From Podarcis liolepis (lineage: Eukaryota), in NCBI GenBank assembly GCA_965112155.1, contig OZ218100.1: a stretch of 64,000 bases of DNA; one strand, given 5' to 3'. The first letter of the stretch is position 1, and every line of letters starts with the position of its first letter. Of the stretch, positions 61,685 to 64,000 are shown in pieces. The translations under genes were made by a program, and so were the position numbers. The notes beneath the pieces are model-generated. The model had not been told where the DNA came from. It did no database searches and saw nothing but the letters and a program-made list of their open reading frames with translations.

Positions 61685-63152
61685 CGTGGGTGTTTATTCC
61701 TCTGCAGAATGGGAAGCAGCTTAAAATAGGACCGTCAGTATCACTGCATTTTGTACTACTGTTTTCAGCAGTTTTGCCAACTTTTTTGCAATGCTTAGCA
61801 TTTATGAAATAATATATAATTACTGCTATGTATTACACACATGTTATTCTATGTGCTAGAATGAGAAAATCATGAGTATAAAATAAGTTCAAGCAAATGA
61901 AAAAAGTATGAATTACAAAACTGATTTGCTACTTCATATGTGTATACTCACACACAATTCAGAATATGGTCCTTTTTTGAACAAATGAATATTTTAACCA
62001 TATGTTCCCAGGACATGATTCTATACAGTTAAAAATATAAAACAATTCCAACATCATTAAAGGAGCAGGCAAAAACACAACACATCTCTATAAAAAAATA
62101 CAGTAATTGAAAGAACCATGCCTAATGACCTTTTTCTACTTTAAAAAATAGCACAAATATTATACTTTCCTGTCCCCTCACTCTTTTGCCTTGGTCAGCA
62201 CAAATGGCTGGGTTGTGGATGTAGTGTTGACTGCTCTACTCCTAAAGCCCTGCTGTCGTCAGTCACAGTTTAGGGTTACAGCCTAACTCAGTAGCAATTG
62301 ACACACTGCATCAAGTGTAGGCTTCACAAAGGGAACAACTCAGATATCAAAATGTAGCATAGGACTATATAATTGTCTTTAGAAAAAGCAGAGAGTGATG
62401 ACCGTGTACAACCAACAAACATCTAGCAGCCTAGGAGAAACAACAGCAACAATAAAAAAGGTAATGAGCGGATGAAGAATGGTCTTCTGAAAACCTGTTA
62501 TGGGTACCCTGCCAAAGGATTCCAGATACAATACAAACAACTATGAGAACTCTGCTGTTGTACCAGGGCTACAAGTGCAAGGAACCCTACAAAAGGTAAG
62601 CAAGGGAGGGTGGCTTAGAGGACGTTGGACCATACCATGAGTCGGCTGCCTCAGGCAGCAAATTCTGAGGTGTAGAAAGTGGTTAGAAATGTGTGCCACG
62701 TGGGCGCATCAATGAAGTGCCGTGAGACAACCCGCAGAGGTGGCATAGGGGGTGGAAGATCCCAATCTGGCCCTGGCGACAGTGGCTTCCAATACAGGTA
62801 AGCCAAAGAAACAGCCGAAAGCCAAAGATAAGGAGAACAGCAGCAATACCTTGAGGAACACTCCTTTTCATCAAGACACTTGGAGAAAAGGGGGTGTTCC
62901 CCCAGAGCAGCTGCTTTGCCACTGGTCTCCTCCCACCCCATGGGGCATGGATGAGGAGGCATCAGTAGCACATCTTGCTTGAGGCGCCCAAAGGTTTCAG
63001 GCCAGCCCTGCTCAAATGAGTATACCTGCACATTCTCCTGTCCTGTTCCCCAGAAGGGAGATAGGTATGCAAAAAAATCAAATATTCATGGACACACATT
63101 GCTTCTCCTTCCACTATTGTGTACTTGCTTAACAAATGAAACTCAACAGATT

Positions 63153-63512
63153 GTAAAGGTAAAGAACCTGTGGACGGTTAAGTCCAGTCAAAGGCGACTA
63201 TGGGGTGCAGTGCTCATCTCACTTCAGGCTGAGGGAGCCGTTTGTCCACAGACAGCTTTCCAGGTCATGTGGCCAGCATAACTAAACTGCTTCTGGTGCA
63301 ACGGAACATCGTGCCAGAGCACATGGAAATGCCATTTACTTTCCTACCACAGCTGTACCTATTTCTCTACTTGCACTAGTATGCTTTCGAACTGCTAGGT
63401 TGGCAGAAGCTGAGACAGAGCAACGGGAGCTCACTCGGTCACACAGATTCAAACTGCTGACCTTCTGATTGGCAAGCCCAATAGGCTCAGTGGTTTAAAC
63501 CACAGTGTATCA
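63153..63512 (-). mobile_element. Sauria SINE, more diverged copy
   Basis: Colinear with the 26055 copy (GGACGGTTAAGTCCAGTCAAAGGC...GAGCAACGGGAGCTCAC...GGCAAGCCCAA); no clean TSD. Confidence 0.88.
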
Positions 63513-64000
63513 CTCAAACAAGGGATAAAAGATGTGACACATGTGCTGAAGGAGAGCCAGCCAACCCACTCTTTCACACTGCGCCAGGGAACACTGTGGG
63601 GAGCCCAAGTACTTTTACTGGTGAACACTTCCATCTACTACTACTTCTAGCCAAGAACTAATGGCTCCTTTTCTTTGCAAGGTAAGAGCTATAGCATGTG
63701 GAACAGAACAGACAAACTGGATAGAGTTCATTACAATTTGCTAGACTATATAGGCGAGTTAATTACTACATTATCTCCTTCAATGGGTAAATGGCCTAAG
63801 TAGCCAAGTGGACTCATCAGGTATATGGAAATAGCTCCGTGTCATGAAAATAACTCAGTTACTGTCAGCATGGTGAATGTGCTATTATTGTGGAAACTAG
63901 CACTGCCAAGACACCTTGGGGCATGGGTATGCCTGCAGTTACCTGAGAAAGTCTAATGGGCTATTCATACATTGTGTATGCCATCAAATGCCAACAGTGT

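Larger units (their letters stand above)
185..64000 (-). other. ARID4B: ARID4B gene body (exons 3-24 plus part of intron 2; 5' end outside the window)
   Basis: 22 exons with consistent splice phases encode Tudor, RBB1NT/PWWP-like, ARID, chromobarrel and C-terminal R2 regions that match mammalian ARID4B as I recall it (e.g. [28 protein letters not shown] ... SQNGMSVECR*). The 3' end is approximate. Confidence 0.97.

Noticed and set aside
26055-63512. Inverted SINE pair that could drive dsRNA or circRNA
   Set aside because: Both Sauria SINEs have the same orientation and are 37 kb apart.
53819-64000. ARID4B start exon (ATG AAG|gt), promoter, or the head-to-head neighbour GGPS1
   Set aside because: I found no ATGAAG|GT with a proper donor and no CpG island. 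The region is repeat-rich intron 2, so the 5' end lies outside the window.
1-64000. CRISPR array, prophage, operon-type system, endogenous virus, NUMT or processed pseudogene
   Set aside because: This is a eukaryotic intron-exon locus. I saw no repeat-spacer array, no long unexplained ORF and no mitochondrial or viral-like segment by eye.

Overview
Vertebrate nuclear DNA, almost certainly a squamate reptile and probably a lacertid lizard, judged from Sauria-type SINEs, a tRNA-Lys/CR1-tail SINE and squamate hAT/mariner MITEs. The whole window lies inside one minus-strand gene, ARID4B (AT-rich interaction domain 4B, a SIN3A/HDAC complex subunit). I placed 22 coding exons by hand (orthologous to human exons 3-24; 53818 down to the TGA at 1820-1822). 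Splice phases agree at every junction and give 3876 nt, i.e. 1291 aa plus stop. The start exon (MK in mammals) and the promoter lie beyond base 64000. A ~1.6 kb 3'UTR ends near an AATAAA at 205-210. The introns carry the usual squamate repeats: Sauria SINE, L1, CR1, L2, Penelope remnant, hAT, Tc1/mariner and palindromic MITEs. There is no prokaryotic-type system here. The most interesting signals concern RNA processing. They are a GC-AG intron, a (TTA)n microsatellite serving as a polypyrimidine tract, and a miR-17/miR-302-type seed cluster right after the stop. The best lead is a set of non-repeat, CpG-retaining intronic blocks around the frame-symmetric chromobarrel exon 17. These include a candidate unannotated 156-nt in-frame cassette exon and several candidate poison or decoy exons. 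All of these remain hypotheses until tested with alignments and RNA-seq.
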